Positions 1 to 11,700 of a DNA stretch of 27,905 bases are shown here, one piece after another. This DNA is from Macrostomum lignano (taxonomy: Eukaryota): contig NIVC01001235.1 in the NCBI GenBank assembly GCA_002269645.1, forward strand, positions 1 through 27,905, written 5' to 3'. The stretch's first letter is position 1, and the number at the start of each line of letters is the position of its first letter. The notes beneath the pieces were generated by a model that did no database searches, was not told where the DNA came from, and saw only the letters and a program-made list of their open reading frames with translations. The translations under genes and the position numbers were made by a program.

Positions 1-333
1 ATCCTAAATAGATCAAGTCAAGTCAAGTAGATCAATGGCAATTGCAACTAGTTCTTTGGTCATTGTTATCAGAGACTTTCTTATGCTATGGGCTATCAGA
101 AAGGCTTTTTTTCCATCTAAAACTTGTGGTACCAATGCAAGTGTATATAAACAAGACATAAGAATGCTCAAGTCTTTAATGCTACCATAAACTTCATACA
201 AGGTTTAAGTGCTATAAACCTTTGCAGCTGGGTTTTTTTTTCGCCAGAGATAAGGTGCGAAATCGCACCTTGTGCCAAATTTCAAGGTGCGATTTTAAGG
301 CTCAGAGTGCAATTTCTCTTGAGTCTTGTTTAG

Positions 334-2820
334 AATGTGAGGGTTTCACAAGAGATATTCAGACAGACATTCGAAACGATTGTCTGTAACTTCAAACAAA
401 ATTGACCCGCTTCAACCATTTTTGGCAAATACTTACGCAAGTGTTGGGCGTCAAATAAGCTTTAATTTATTAACTGAAGTAAAAATCCTTCTGACATACA
501 TTGATTTAAAAATTGCTTAGCAACACTAGCTCTGATTAGAAATCGCTTTACTGTTGACTAAAATTGTTTTGATCGTAGCAGCCTAAAAGCAGATACTGGA
601 TTTAAAAATGCTTCGATTTACTCTATACGCATGTCTCAGCTTTAAAATGACACCTCAGGCGTCGCAAAAGACAGCTTTGATGCTGAGATATTCGACACTA
701 AACATGCATTGCTTTGCGCAATCTCACATTCAGAAATTTCACTGATTTTTTGTCGATATTTGTGCAGTTGCCGTGTCCTTGTTTTTCATCAGAAACTTGT
801 CAAATTCTAGTCATGTCCAGTTTAAACCTGGACTTCTCTTAAACTGTCTTAAGTATTTGATTTTTAATGATTCCTGCCTTTATATTGCATAGATTGTACC
901 TGAGTCAGTGAGACTGTGAGTGTACATTTGTACATATGGCAACCAATCATGACTTTTTCACCGCTTTGCGGTTCAAATAAATATACGAGTGTACGAGAAA
1001 CATGTTCCAACTGTTATTGAGAGAAATTGACGTCGCGTTTATTAACAGTCAGTGGCAATTAATATGAAGCAAATAGTTTATTGTTATGTTTTTACTTTTT
1101 TTGCGTGGCAATTCTGCTATCCAAATCGGAATGAGGTAAGCGGTGGGAATAAAATAAAAAGGAAGAATTTTTTCTACTGTTGTTGCAACCCAATAGCTAT
1201 ATGTACTTCAAACTTTTTAGATTGAACAGGCGATTTCTAATGTACTGCTAAGCTTTCCAATCCCTACGGACTACAGTAGCAGTTCTTAACTTTTTTTCTG
1301 TCTTGACTTCTAGACTCGGAATTCGGAACAACCTAAGGAGCCGCATGAAAATATTTAATTGGATAAAGATATTTTCTAAAAACAGCTCAAGTCGTGACAC
1401 ATCTTCTTCTCACCTCAGTCCATCAACTGCTGCTCCTTCTGAGACCAAAGCGATCGTGAAAGTAAAACAGATCAGTTTAGATCCCATGGCCATGAATACA
1501 ACCATTTCAATTGTGAACCTGCTTTGCTTACAAGTACGAGCACTAGCCTTCCATTTGATGCCATTAGCTCACTTAACTCTGAAATAGTTCAAGGACGGTT
1601 CCAAATGTTGAGATCTGACGTAGAAGCAGTCCAATTTGTGGAAATTTATCAACTGGACTCCATGAATCACTCCAATGAAAGGCGGCGAATAGCTGCAGAA
1701 TGCGTAAACAAGTTTAAGTGAGTCACAAAAACCCCATTTACTGTAACTACATACACTTGTACGTTAGCAAGGCTCCATACGATGGTTAATAAATGGAGAA
1801 GTAGACAAGCATCTGAACAAATATTGAATAAAAATCAGTGAAGTTTCCGAATGTGAGTTTGAGCAAAGCAATGTTTAGTGTCGAATATCTCAGCATCAAA
1901 GCTGTCTTTTGCAATGCCTGAGGTGTCATTTTAAAGCTGAGACATGCGTATAGACATGACTAGAATTTGACAAGATTCTGATGAAAAACAAGGACATGGC
2001 AACTGCACAAATATCAACAAAAAATCAGTGAAATTTCTGAATGTGAGATTGCGCAAAGCAATGCATGTTTAGTGTCGAATATCTCAGCATCAAAGCTGTC
2101 TTTTGCGACGCCTGAGGTGTCATTTTAAAGCTGAGACATGCATATAGAGTAAATCGAAGCATTTTTAAATCCAGTATCTGCTTTTAGGCTGCTACGATCA
2201 AAACAATTTTAGTCAACAGTAAAGCGATTTCTAATCAGAGCTAGTGTTGCTAAGCAATTTTTAAATCAATGTATGTCAGAAGGATTTTTACTTCAGTTAA
2301 TAAATTAAAGCTTATTCGACGCCCAACACTTGCGTAAGTATTTGCCAAAAAGATGGTTGAAGCGGGTCAATTTTGTTTAAAGTTACAGACGATCATTTTG
2401 AATGTCTGTCTGAATGGGTCTCCCTAAAACACGCCCTGCACCGCCCTGCAGCGCTACACATTAAAACAAATTGGACTATAACTAAAGACACTTCAGAATG
2501 CGTTTTCTGTTAAGCTTCAAGTTTTTATTAAATTTAGTTTTTTTTACTTTGAAATATAAAATTCGGTGAACAATAAGTGATATTAATAATAATATTAATA
2601 AAATAATAATATTATAATTTAATAATGAAAACGAGAATATAAAAAATAATAATATTTAAAAAAATAAATAAAGATATTTATTCCATTACTATTTTAACTT
2701 TTCCTTGCAATCAAATACTGCATTGACAAAAAATGTTATAATGTGTAGCAGTTCGGGGCCCGGTGCGGGGCGTGTTTTAGGGAGCCTTTGTCTGAATATC
2801 TCTCGTGAAACCCTCACATT
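334..2820. mobile_element. Long-inverted-repeat (foldback-like) non-autonomous element inside the hAT element
   Basis: 334-817 is the reverse complement of 1953-2820 once the 2416-2788 insert and one TSD copy are removed (about 485-bp arms, only scattered mismatches by eye). No TSD found, so the superfamily is not assigned. A degenerate extra partial arm copy lies at about 1817-1952. Confidence 0.75.
2416..2788. mobile_element. MITE with 9-bp TSD (Mutator-like) inserted in the right arm of the foldback element
   Basis: TGTCTGAAT is duplicated at 2407-2415 and 2789-2797, whereas the left arm has only one copy of the site. Imperfect ~50-bp TIRs (CTCCCTAAAACACGCCC...GCTACACATT). AT-rich non-coding core, 373 bp. 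Confidence 0.8.
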
Positions 2821-3268
2821 GCTCACATTTCAGACAACTGGGAATGTATATTTTAATATCTTACATAAGGCTATAGCTATAGGCTATATCGCCTATATGA
2901 CTTAATAGGATTTAAAGAGTTATTTTGTTTCATATTTTAAGGCAGTGCATAAAAAATAGCTTAAGCATGGTTAAGCCTTTAAAGAAAAATGGTTATAAGA
3001 CCGCACCTAAACCGCACCTACTTTTTTAATTTCAGGGTGCGATTTTAAAATTTAGGGTGCATACGCACACTCTGCGCACAAAAAAAAACCCTGCTTTGCA
3101 GATTATATAATTTTTACAAATGATTAAATTTCAAAACTTTTATAGAGTATCTATTACATGCATGTATTATAACAAAAATGCATTAATTAAATATCATGCC
3201 ATCTAATTTGATGTAACAATAAATAGTCCAAGTTCTATTTAGTGTACAAAGTCAATAATAAATATATA

Positions 3269-3560
3269 CATGCCCAACACCCATTTGACCTGTCCAAAAT
3301 GGACAAGGTAAGTTGCAAAGTCAAAAATGTGAAAAACAAAAATTGGGAGAAGAAAGAAAGGAGAGGAAGAGAAAAGGAAAAGAAAAGAGGGAGAAGAGAG
3401 AGAAGAAAAAGAGGAGAGAGAAAGAGAAGAGAAGAAAAGAGAAAAAGGCAAGAAAAGTAATATACAAAATGAAAATTAAGTTGCAATCTGGAGAAACTAA
3501 GTTGCAAATCTGGACAAAACTAAGTTGCACCAGATAGGTGAAATTTTGAGGTTGGGCATG
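3269..3560. mobile_element. Putative Tc1/mariner-type MITE
   Basis: 10-bp TIR CATGCCCAAC...GTTGGGCATG flanked by TA on both sides. Internal repeated TAAGTTGCA motifs near both ends. GA-rich core at about 3345-3457. Confidence 0.5.
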
Positions 3561-4097
3561 TATGAATAAAAAGTTTCAAGCTTTTTAATTGAAAGTCAAT
3601 ATAACAATTATTTTATTTCTAAGGTAATAAATATTAAATACCTATGTACAAGCATGGAAAGAACAAGTATATTAAAAAATCAAGCTTAGATGCTTAGTTT
3701 AAAAGTTAGAATAATGGATAAAAATACATGTATTTATCATCTAAGAAGCATGGATTGGACTGGGATATTTTAATTATAAAAGAACTGTTTAAATATTTAT
3801 TTTGTTATCATTCTAGTACATGGCCAATGGTAGCTGGTATGATACAAGGGCCATTTGTTGGGATAATAATCATTTGCATATAACTTTTTACTGCCACATT
3901 GAAATTGCTCAAATTAGAAATCAACTTTAAGAGCAATATCCAATGCTACTGTTGAGTGTTGAATAGCTTCTCTATGTCATTCTATTGCTGATTTATGGCT
4001 CATTAAGTGACGAGGTCTAAGAAGTTGCAATTTCGACCTGATCTCTCGACTCTTTCATGCTCTCATCACCTGGACTTGGTACACTCTTGCCCGCGCA

Positions 4098-7000
4098 ATG
4101 TCCAAGAGAAACCCAACATCGGAATTGAATCACGAAAACTGGGATCAGGAGGACGAGAAGGAAGATGTGAGTTGGCTAATTGGGACAGATCTGCTCAGCG
4201 GTGAACGCATTCGATTCTCGCGCCACCACCCTTGGTTTGATTCCATGCGCGACCGAATTCATTGGGGCTTGTGCACGGAGATTGGCCGGGGTTGCCACCC
4301 ATGAGGGCCTAAACCTCTCTCCACTCTCCCTCTCTGCCCCTATCCACTCTGCCTCTGCCTCTCTCCACTCTCCCTCTCTGCCCCTAACCACTCTGCCTCT
4401 GCCTCTCTCCACTCTCCCTCTCTGCCCCTATCCACTCTGCCTCTGCCTCTCTCCACTCTCCCTCTCTGCCCCTAACCACTCCCTCTCCCTCTCTGCCCCT
4501 ATCCACTCCCTCTGCCTCTCCCCACTCTCCCTCTCTGCCCCTATCCACTCCCTCTCCCTCTCTGCCCCTATCCACTCCCTCTGCCTCTCTCCACTCTCCC
4601 TCTGCCCCTATCCACTCCCTCTGCCTTTCTGCCCCTATCCACTCCCTCTGCCTTTCTGCCCCTATCCACTCCCTCTCCCTCTCTGCCCCTTTTCACTCCC
4701 TCTGCCTCTCCCTCTCTGCCCCTATCCACTCCCTCCCTGCCTCTCCACTCTCCCTCTCTCCCTCTGCCTCTCCCTCCCCGCCTCTCTCCACTCTCCCTCT
4801 CTGCCTCTCTCCAACCACCCTCCACTCTCCCTCAAGCTCCTGCGAATATGCTTATGATAATTATCATTATTAATAAGATTTACAATTCTTGTGTCTATCT
4901 AAGAAAACATATTCCAACTGTTTCCAACTAATTCTCACTAACCTAGGCTGGCCGTTTCAAGACTGCGTCGCAGGATGTGCTGAAGGGTCGCGAAATTCGA
5001 GTTGCTAAGCGGCGAGCTCACGATAGTGAGGTGAGAGCTGTGTGACTCAATTATTTTGTCTGTTCTTTTCTACATTATTTATGGTAAGGAATTGTGAAGT
5101 TTGGGTATTGTAAAGGTTAAGAATTATGAAGGTTGGGGATTGTGAAAGTTCGGGATTGTGAAGGTTGGGGATTGTGAAGATTGGGGATTGTGAAGGTTGG
5201 GAATTGTGAAAGTTCGGGATTGTGAAGATCGGGATTTGTGAAGATTGGGACTGTGAAGATCGGGACTGTGAAGATTGGGGATTGTGAAGATCAGGATTGT
5301 GAAGATTGGGGACTGTGAAGCTTGGGGATTGTGAAGATTGGGACTGTGAAGATCGGGACTGTGAAGATTGGGGATTGTGAAGATCGGGATTGTGAAGATT
5401 GGGGACTGTGAAGCTTGGGGATTGTGAAGATTGGGACTGTGAAGATCGGGACTGTGAAGATTGGGGATTGTGAAGATCAGGATTGTGAAGATTGGGGACT
5501 GTGAAGCTTGGGGATTGTAAAGATTGGGACTGTGAAGATCGGGACTGTGAAGATTGGGGATTGTGAAGATCGGGATTGTGAAGATTGGGACTGTGAAGAT
5601 CGGGACTGTGAAGATTGGGGATTGTGAAGATCGGGATTGTGAAGATTGGGACTGTGAAGCTTGGGGATTGTAAAGATTGGGACTGTGAAGATCGGGACTG
5701 TGAAGATTGGGGACTGTGAAGCTTAGGGATTGTGAAGATTGGGACTGTGAAGATTGGGGATTGTGAAGATCGGGATTGTGAAGATTGGGACTGTGAAGAT
5801 TGGAGATTGTGAAGATCGGGACTGTGAAGGCTGAGATTGTGAAGCTTGGAGATTGTGAAGATCGGGACTGTGAAGACTGGGATTGTGAAGCTTGGGGACT
5901 GTGAAGATTGGGGACTGTGAAGCTTGGGACTGTGAAGATTGGGACTGTGAAGATTAGGATTGTGAAGATCAGGACTGTGAAGGCTGGGATTGGAATAGTT
6001 GGATATTAGTTTTAAGCTCATGAGAGCGAGAAACGGCTTGAAATTCAAATGCACAGGGAATGTGCAGTTAATATGGTGAGTCTGAACGGCCCATGTTGCG
6101 GACAAACCATGCTCACAGTTATACAGCAAAACTCTTCTCCGACCCGGCAGGGCAAAGGCACTGGCGGGCTCTTCAAGTCGTTCACCGGCTTCACCGGCTT
6201 CGGTGCCCAGGCCGCGTCGGCCACGACAGCCCCCTCTTTGGCTTTTAACTTCTCGGCCAACGCCACCGCCGCCACCACCACCGATTCGCTGGCGGCCTCG
6301 TCGACGACAACAACGGCGAAATCGGCAACGCCCGCCGCCGATCCGAATGCCGCCCACCTGGCCCAGCTGAAGGCGCTGAACCAGTCCGTGCTGCGCTGGA
6401 TTCAGAGTCACGTGGCTGACAGCCCCTACTGCGTGCTCACGCCCGTGTTCCGCGACTACGAGCGCCACCTGGCCGACATCGAGCGCCGGCACCCGTACGT
6501 GGAGTCGTCGGCAACTGCAAATTCGTCGACTGGAACGGCGGCGGCTGCGGCGGTGACTCCGACGACGACTTCAACAACGCTGGCAGCGCCTTTGAAGGCG
6601 TCGACAAGTCCGGCAAAGTTCAACTTCTCCGCCGCGACTACGTCCACCGCGGCATCGGCACCGACGACCGCTGCCACCACGGCCACCACGATGACGCCCG
6701 CGATGCCTGCCACGTTTAGCTTCAACTCGCAGCAGCCGCAGAAGCCGGTGACTGACGGTGCGGCCACAACGGCAACATTCTTTTTTGGCGCGTCAGCCAA
6801 GTCAACGACGGCTTCGTCGACTTCAACAACGACAACGACGGCGACGTTGGCAACGTCAACGACTGGCTTGACGACAGCGTCGAGTGGGTTCACAGGATTC
6901 AAATTCAACTCAGGGCCGGGGGCGGCGCTGCCGCAACAGCCACCTGGTGGCCTGTCCCTGTTCGGGCTGGGCGGTTTCGCCGCCGCCTCCGCCGCGGCTG

Positions 7001-7440
7001 CCTCGAGCTCCCAGGAGGAGCAGGAAGACGAAGAATACGAGCCGCCGAAGCCGGAGACGCGGGAGATTCGCGAGGACGGCGCCGTGTTCAGCCAGAAGTG
7101 CAAGCTGTTCTACATGGCCGCCGGCGAGGCCAAGCAGTGGAAGGAGAAGGGCGTCGGCTGCGTGCACGTCAAGCCGGCGGAGGCGGAGGGCGGCAGCCGG
7201 GCGCAGTTGATCGTGCGGGCGGACAACACCCTGGGCACCATCATGCTCAACACTCTGGTTACTAAGGACATGAAGCTGTCGGTTGCTAAGAACAATCTCA
7301 GTTTGGCTTGTCCGCCGAATCCGCCAATGCCGAAGTCGGCCAATGACGACCGGCGCATTGTGCCGTTCCTGGTCCGGCTGAAGACCGAGGCCGACGCCAA
7401 GGAGCTGCTGGCCAAGATTGACGGGCTGAGGGAGGCCTGA
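4098..7440 (+). CDS. NUP50: Nucleoporin NUP50 (3 coding exons, 480 aa)
   Basis: Exons 4098-4166 (MSKRNPTSELNHENWDQEDEKED), 4947-5030 (AGRFKTASQDVLKGREIRVAKRR..) and 6151-7440, all phase-0 GT-AG. The N-terminus matches the NUP50 importin-alpha-binding motif (human MAKRNAEKELTDRNWDQEDE..AIKKAKRR). Ser/Thr/Ala-rich FG region and C-terminal Ran-binding domain (FSQKCKLFY..WKEKGVGCVHVK..QLIVRADNTLGTIMLN). Confidence 0.93.
4313..4831. repeat. Pyrimidine-rich minisatellite in NUP50 intron 1
   Basis: Repeated CTCTGCCCCTATCCACTCC / CTCTCCACTCTCC blocks; explains the spurious ORFs at 4176-4857. Confidence 0.9.
5092..5992. repeat. 15-16-bp minisatellite (TGTGAAGATTGGGAC variants) in NUP50 intron 2, with a 93-bp higher-order unit
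   Basis: Tandem TGTGAAG..GGGA(C/T) units. A six-unit 93-bp block recurs about three times at about 5237-5515. Confidence 0.95.
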
Positions 7441-8254
7441 GCCGGACTGCTCAAATATATGCACTATAGGATATGCTAACCCGATAGAAACGCATGGTGA
7501 TTTTGTGGCGCTTAGCTCCTTAACCCTGATGACGCAATCGATTTAGTCGTTTAGCTATCCTGGGGGTCTCTTGCCCCCTCCCCCCACTGCGCTGCCTGAT
7601 TGAGTTAAATTGGTTGCAACCAAGGACTACTTAACAACAAGTCTCAGAAAGTTGGCTTGATACATTTGGTTTTACTTACGTTTTAGAAGTACAGTGAGTA
7701 CTTCTACTGAAAATGCCCAGCAAATGTTCCACTTTGGTAGCCGAAAAATTCATTACGTTTAGTTCGATTCTCTGCATGAATTCATAATCTGCTTATGAAT
7801 TACTTATAATTACTTCCTTAGCAACGGAAATTTTCTATTGTTATTCATGAGTATTAACTGTTGCTATGGGCTTGGCTTAATGATTCGAAACTTTATACAT
7901 TGAAAGTTGTTCGCCAATTTCAAGCTGTTTATTATTATGATAGGAAATTCGATAGAAAATGATGATAATCCAGCCAGTTCTTTGGTCCAGCATTTCCTTT
8001 GTTCGCAATATCCGGTTCGCTGTCTGTTTTGATAACATATTGCTTTTTTAATTCGAACATGTGTACCTGATACTCTCTTGCGTTTGTTGCCATTTAGTTA
8101 TGAATTTGACAATTTGTGTTAGTCTTGTCATCCAATATTGACCCTTCAACACCATTTCTGTCTCGCATTCGTGTCAAACTTCGCTCTTATGTTCAATTAT
8201 TATAACTACAGCTCGACATGTATGCCGCTTGGAAATGGAAGTTAAAGTTAATCA

Positions 8255-8260
8255 AATAAA
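8255..8260 (+). promoter_or_regulatory. Candidate polyadenylation signal of NUP50
   Basis: AATAAA followed by a T-rich tract about 820 nt after the stop codon. Not verified by transcript data. Confidence 0.35.
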
Positions 8261-8412
8261 AGTTTTTTTCTCGACAAAATTTTGAACACGGGGTTGTCTT
8301 GCAATTCACACCCATCAGGGCGGATCCTCACGACACAGAGAGTGTACATGTTTGACGATTAGAAAGCCAGGCAAGCTTTTTTGCCTCAAGGGCCAGATAG
8401 AGAATCTAGCGG

Positions 8413-8625
8413 GCAAGAGGAGGGCGGAGACAGAGGGAATGAAGGAGAAGAGGGATGAAATAGGAGAGAGGAGGGAAGACAAATGATAGGAGAGTAAGGA
8501 GAAGAGAGGAGACGAAAAGAGAAGAGAAGAGGGAAGAAATAGGAGAGAGGAGGGAAGACAAAGGATAGGAGAGTAAGGAGAGAAAATAGAAGAGATTAGA
8601 GAGAAGAGCTGAGAAGAGACAAACC
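8413..8625. repeat. Purine-rich (GA) low-complexity tract with an internal direct repeat
   Basis: AATAGGAGAGAGGAGGGAAGACAAA.GATAGGAGAGTAAGGAGA occurs twice. Confidence 0.8.
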
Positions 8626-8786
8626 TTGAGCAGGCCAGATTGCTATTGTGAAGTTTGAAAGGACCAGAGGATGAATCTTTTAGGCTGTAAGTGTTTTAGC
8701 TTCTGTCTCATTGCCATAGGATATTTCTGCTGTTGAAATGAAAGTATAAATGAAATATCCATAAATTTCATTGGCTGCCTGCCAAG

Positions 8787-11700
8787 GCAACTGAGGCCTG
8801 CGGCGGCAACCCGACGGAGTTCGCCGACCTGCTCAGCTCGGCGCGTCTGCTCAGGGCCATACGCGACGAGCTCGGCTATGCGCGCCCCGGCGCTATTCAG
8901 GCGCGCTGCATCTCTCTGGCGCTGTCTGGCGCCGATCTGCTATGCCAGGCGCCGTCCGGCAGCGGCAAGTCAACCGCCTGCGCTGTGGCCGTCACCCAGC
9001 GATTGCTGACGCTGATTGATGAAGCCAAAAGGCTCAGCCCAGCCTCCGCTGATTTGGAGGGGAATTCTGTCGCCACTCGCGCTCTGGTGCTCTGTCACAG
9101 TCGGGAGCTGGCTGTGCAGACTGTCCGACAGCTGCGCTGCCTCTCCTCTCGCTGTCCGGGACGTCGGCCGCGAGTTGCCGAATTCCTCGGTGGCGCTCCG
9201 GGCAGGTAGCTGGCTGATTGAGTTATTTGGGCTTCTTGAGTGAGATGCTACGGATGTCTTCAGATTGTTTATTGGCGCTTTAGAAGGCTGTATAAGATAG
9301 CTGAATGCTTAAAAGTGTACCGCGATGCTGCAAAACTCGACTGGATGCCTTAAAACTCTGCTGAATGCTTGGAAACTCATCTCAATGCTTGGAAACTCAG
9401 CTGGATGCTTGGAAACTCATCATGATGCTTGGGAACTCAACTGGATGCTTGGAAACTCATCCGATGCTTCGAAACTCAACTGGATGCTTGGAAACTCAGC
9501 TGGATGCTTGGAAACTCATCTCAATGCTTGGGAACTCATCTTAATGCTTGGAAACTCATCTTAATGCTTGGAAACTCATCTTAATGCTTGGGAACTCAAC
9601 TGGATGCTTGGAAACTCATCTCAATGCTTGGAAACTCATCTTAATGCTTGGAAACTTATCTCAATGCTTGGAAACTCAGCTGGATGCTTGAGAAACTCAT
9701 CTCAATGCTTGGAAACTCATCTCAATGCTTGGAACTCATCTCAATGCTTGGAACTCATCTCAATGCTTGGAACTCATCTCAATGCTTGGGAACTCAGCTG
9801 GATGCTTGGAACTCATCTCAATGCTTGGGAACTCAGCTGGATGCTTGGAACTCATCTCAATGCTTGGGAACTCATTTTAATGCTTGGAAACTTATCCCAA
9901 TGCTTGGAAACTCAGCTGGATGCTTGAGAAACTCATCTCAATGCTTGGAAACTCAGCTGGATGCTTGAGAAACTCATCTCAATGCTTGGAAACTCATCTC
10001 AATGCTTGGAACTCATCTCAATGCTTGGAACTCATCTCAATGCTTGGGAACTCAGCTGGATGCTTGGAACTCATCTCAATGCTTGGGAACTCAGCTGGAT
10101 GCTTGGAACTCATCTCAATGCTTGGGAACTCATTTTAATGCTTGGAAACTTATCCCAATGCTTGGAAACTCAGCTGGATGCTTGAGAAACTCATCTCAAT
10201 GCTTGGAAACTCATCTCAATGCTTGGAAACTCATCTCAATGCTTGGAAACTCATCTCAATGCTTGGAAACTCATCTCAATGCTTGGAAACTCATCTCAAT
10301 GCTTGGAAACTCATCTCAATGCTTGGAAACTCATCTTAATGCTTGGAAACTCATTTTAATGCTTGGAAACTCATCTCAATGCTTGGAAACTCATCTTAAT
10401 GCTTGGAAAACCATTTTAATGCTTGGAAACTCAGCTGGATGCTTGAGAAACTCATCTCAATGCTTGGGAACTCAACTGGATGCTTGGAAACTCATCCGAT
10501 GCTTCGAAACTCAACTGGATGCTTGGAAACTCAGCTGGATGCTTGGAAACTCATCTCAATGCTTGGGAACTCATCTTAATGCTTGGAAACTCATCTTAAT
10601 GCTTGAAAACTCATCTCAATGCTTGGAAACTCATCTCAATGCTTGGAAACTCATTTTAATGCTTGGAAACTCATCTCAATGCTTGGAAACTCATCTTAAT
10701 GCTTGGAAACTCATCTCAATGCTTGGAAACTCAGCTGGATGCTTGAGAAACTCATCTTAATGCTTGGAAACTCAGCTGGATGCTTGAGAAACTCATCTTA
10801 ATGCTTGGAAACTCAGCTGGATGCTTGAGAAACTCATTTCAAAGCTTGGAAACTCATCTCAATGCTTGGAACTTAGCTGGATGCTTGGAACTCATCTCAA
10901 TGCTTGGGAACTTAGCTGGATGCTTGGAACTTAGCTGGATGCTTGGAACTCATCTCAATGCTTCGAACTCATCTCAATGCTTCGAACTCATCTCAATGCT
11001 TGGGAACTCAGCTGGATGCTTGGAACTCATCTCAATGCTTGGGAACTTAGCTGGATGCTTGGAACTCATCTCAATGCTTGGAACTCATCTCAATGCTTGG
11101 GAACTCATCTCAATGCTTGGGAACTTAGCTGGATGCTTGGAACTCATCTCAATGCTTGGGAACTTAGCTGGATGCTTGGAACTCATCTCAATGCTTGGAA
11201 CTCATCTCAATGCTTGGGAACTTAGCTGGATGCTTGGAACTCATCTCAATGCTTCGAACTCATCTCAATGCTTGGGAACTCAGCTGGATGCTTGGAACTC
11301 ATCTCAATGCTTGGGAACTCAGCTGGATGCTTGGAACTCATCTCAATGCTTCGAACTCATCTCATTGCTTGGGAACTCAGCTGGATGCTTGGAACTCATC
11401 TCAATGCTTGGGAACTCAGCTGGATGCTTGGAACTCATCTCAATTCTGGGAAACTCTGTGTTTTGCTGTGTCAAAAGGTACCTGAAGGCTCGGAAAGGTA
11501 CTTGATATGCAAAGTATGCAGGCTTGGTTTACGCATCTCAGACATGCAATTGAGACGATGCACTCCCATCGCTTTTTTCATCAAGACGAGACGCTGCCGC
11601 TGCTGCCTCCCGGCCGGACATCGCAGTCGGCTCGCCTGGCCGCCTGCTGGACTTGGCACGCCGGGGTCACCTGCGCACCGACCAGCTGCGAATTGTTATG

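Larger units (their letters stand above)
228..3093. mobile_element. hAT-like non-autonomous DNA transposon (outer element of a nested stack)
   Basis: Perfect 8-bp target-site duplication CTTTGCAG at 220-227 and 3094-3101. 14-bp terminal inverted repeats C(T/A)GGGTTTTTTTTT with 1 mismatch. Subterminal GGTGCG/CGCACC motifs are repeated at both ends. An 8-bp TSD with CAG-type termini is typical of hAT. No transposase ORF seen. Confidence 0.8.

Noticed and set aside
13-201. 62-aa minus-strand ORF at the window edge
   Set aside because: No recognisable motif and no continuation on the other side of the hAT insertion.
6049-6150. ATG 6049 as the NUP50 start
   Set aside because: The conserved NUP50 N-terminal motif is encoded by the exons at 4098 and 4947. 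6049-6150 is intron ending in a CAG acceptor.
5047-6492. 481-aa minus-strand ORF
   Set aside because: Composite of the antisense NUP50 exon and the 15-16-bp intron satellite; no independent coding signal.
7526-7600. TGATGA...CTGA, a possible C/D-box snoRNA
   Set aside because: No terminal stem or recognisable rRNA guide; located in a probable 3' UTR; such boxes occur by chance.
9325-11450. CRISPR-like regular repeats
   Set aside because: Head-to-tail satellite units with no unique spacers and no cas genes, inside a spliceosomal intron.
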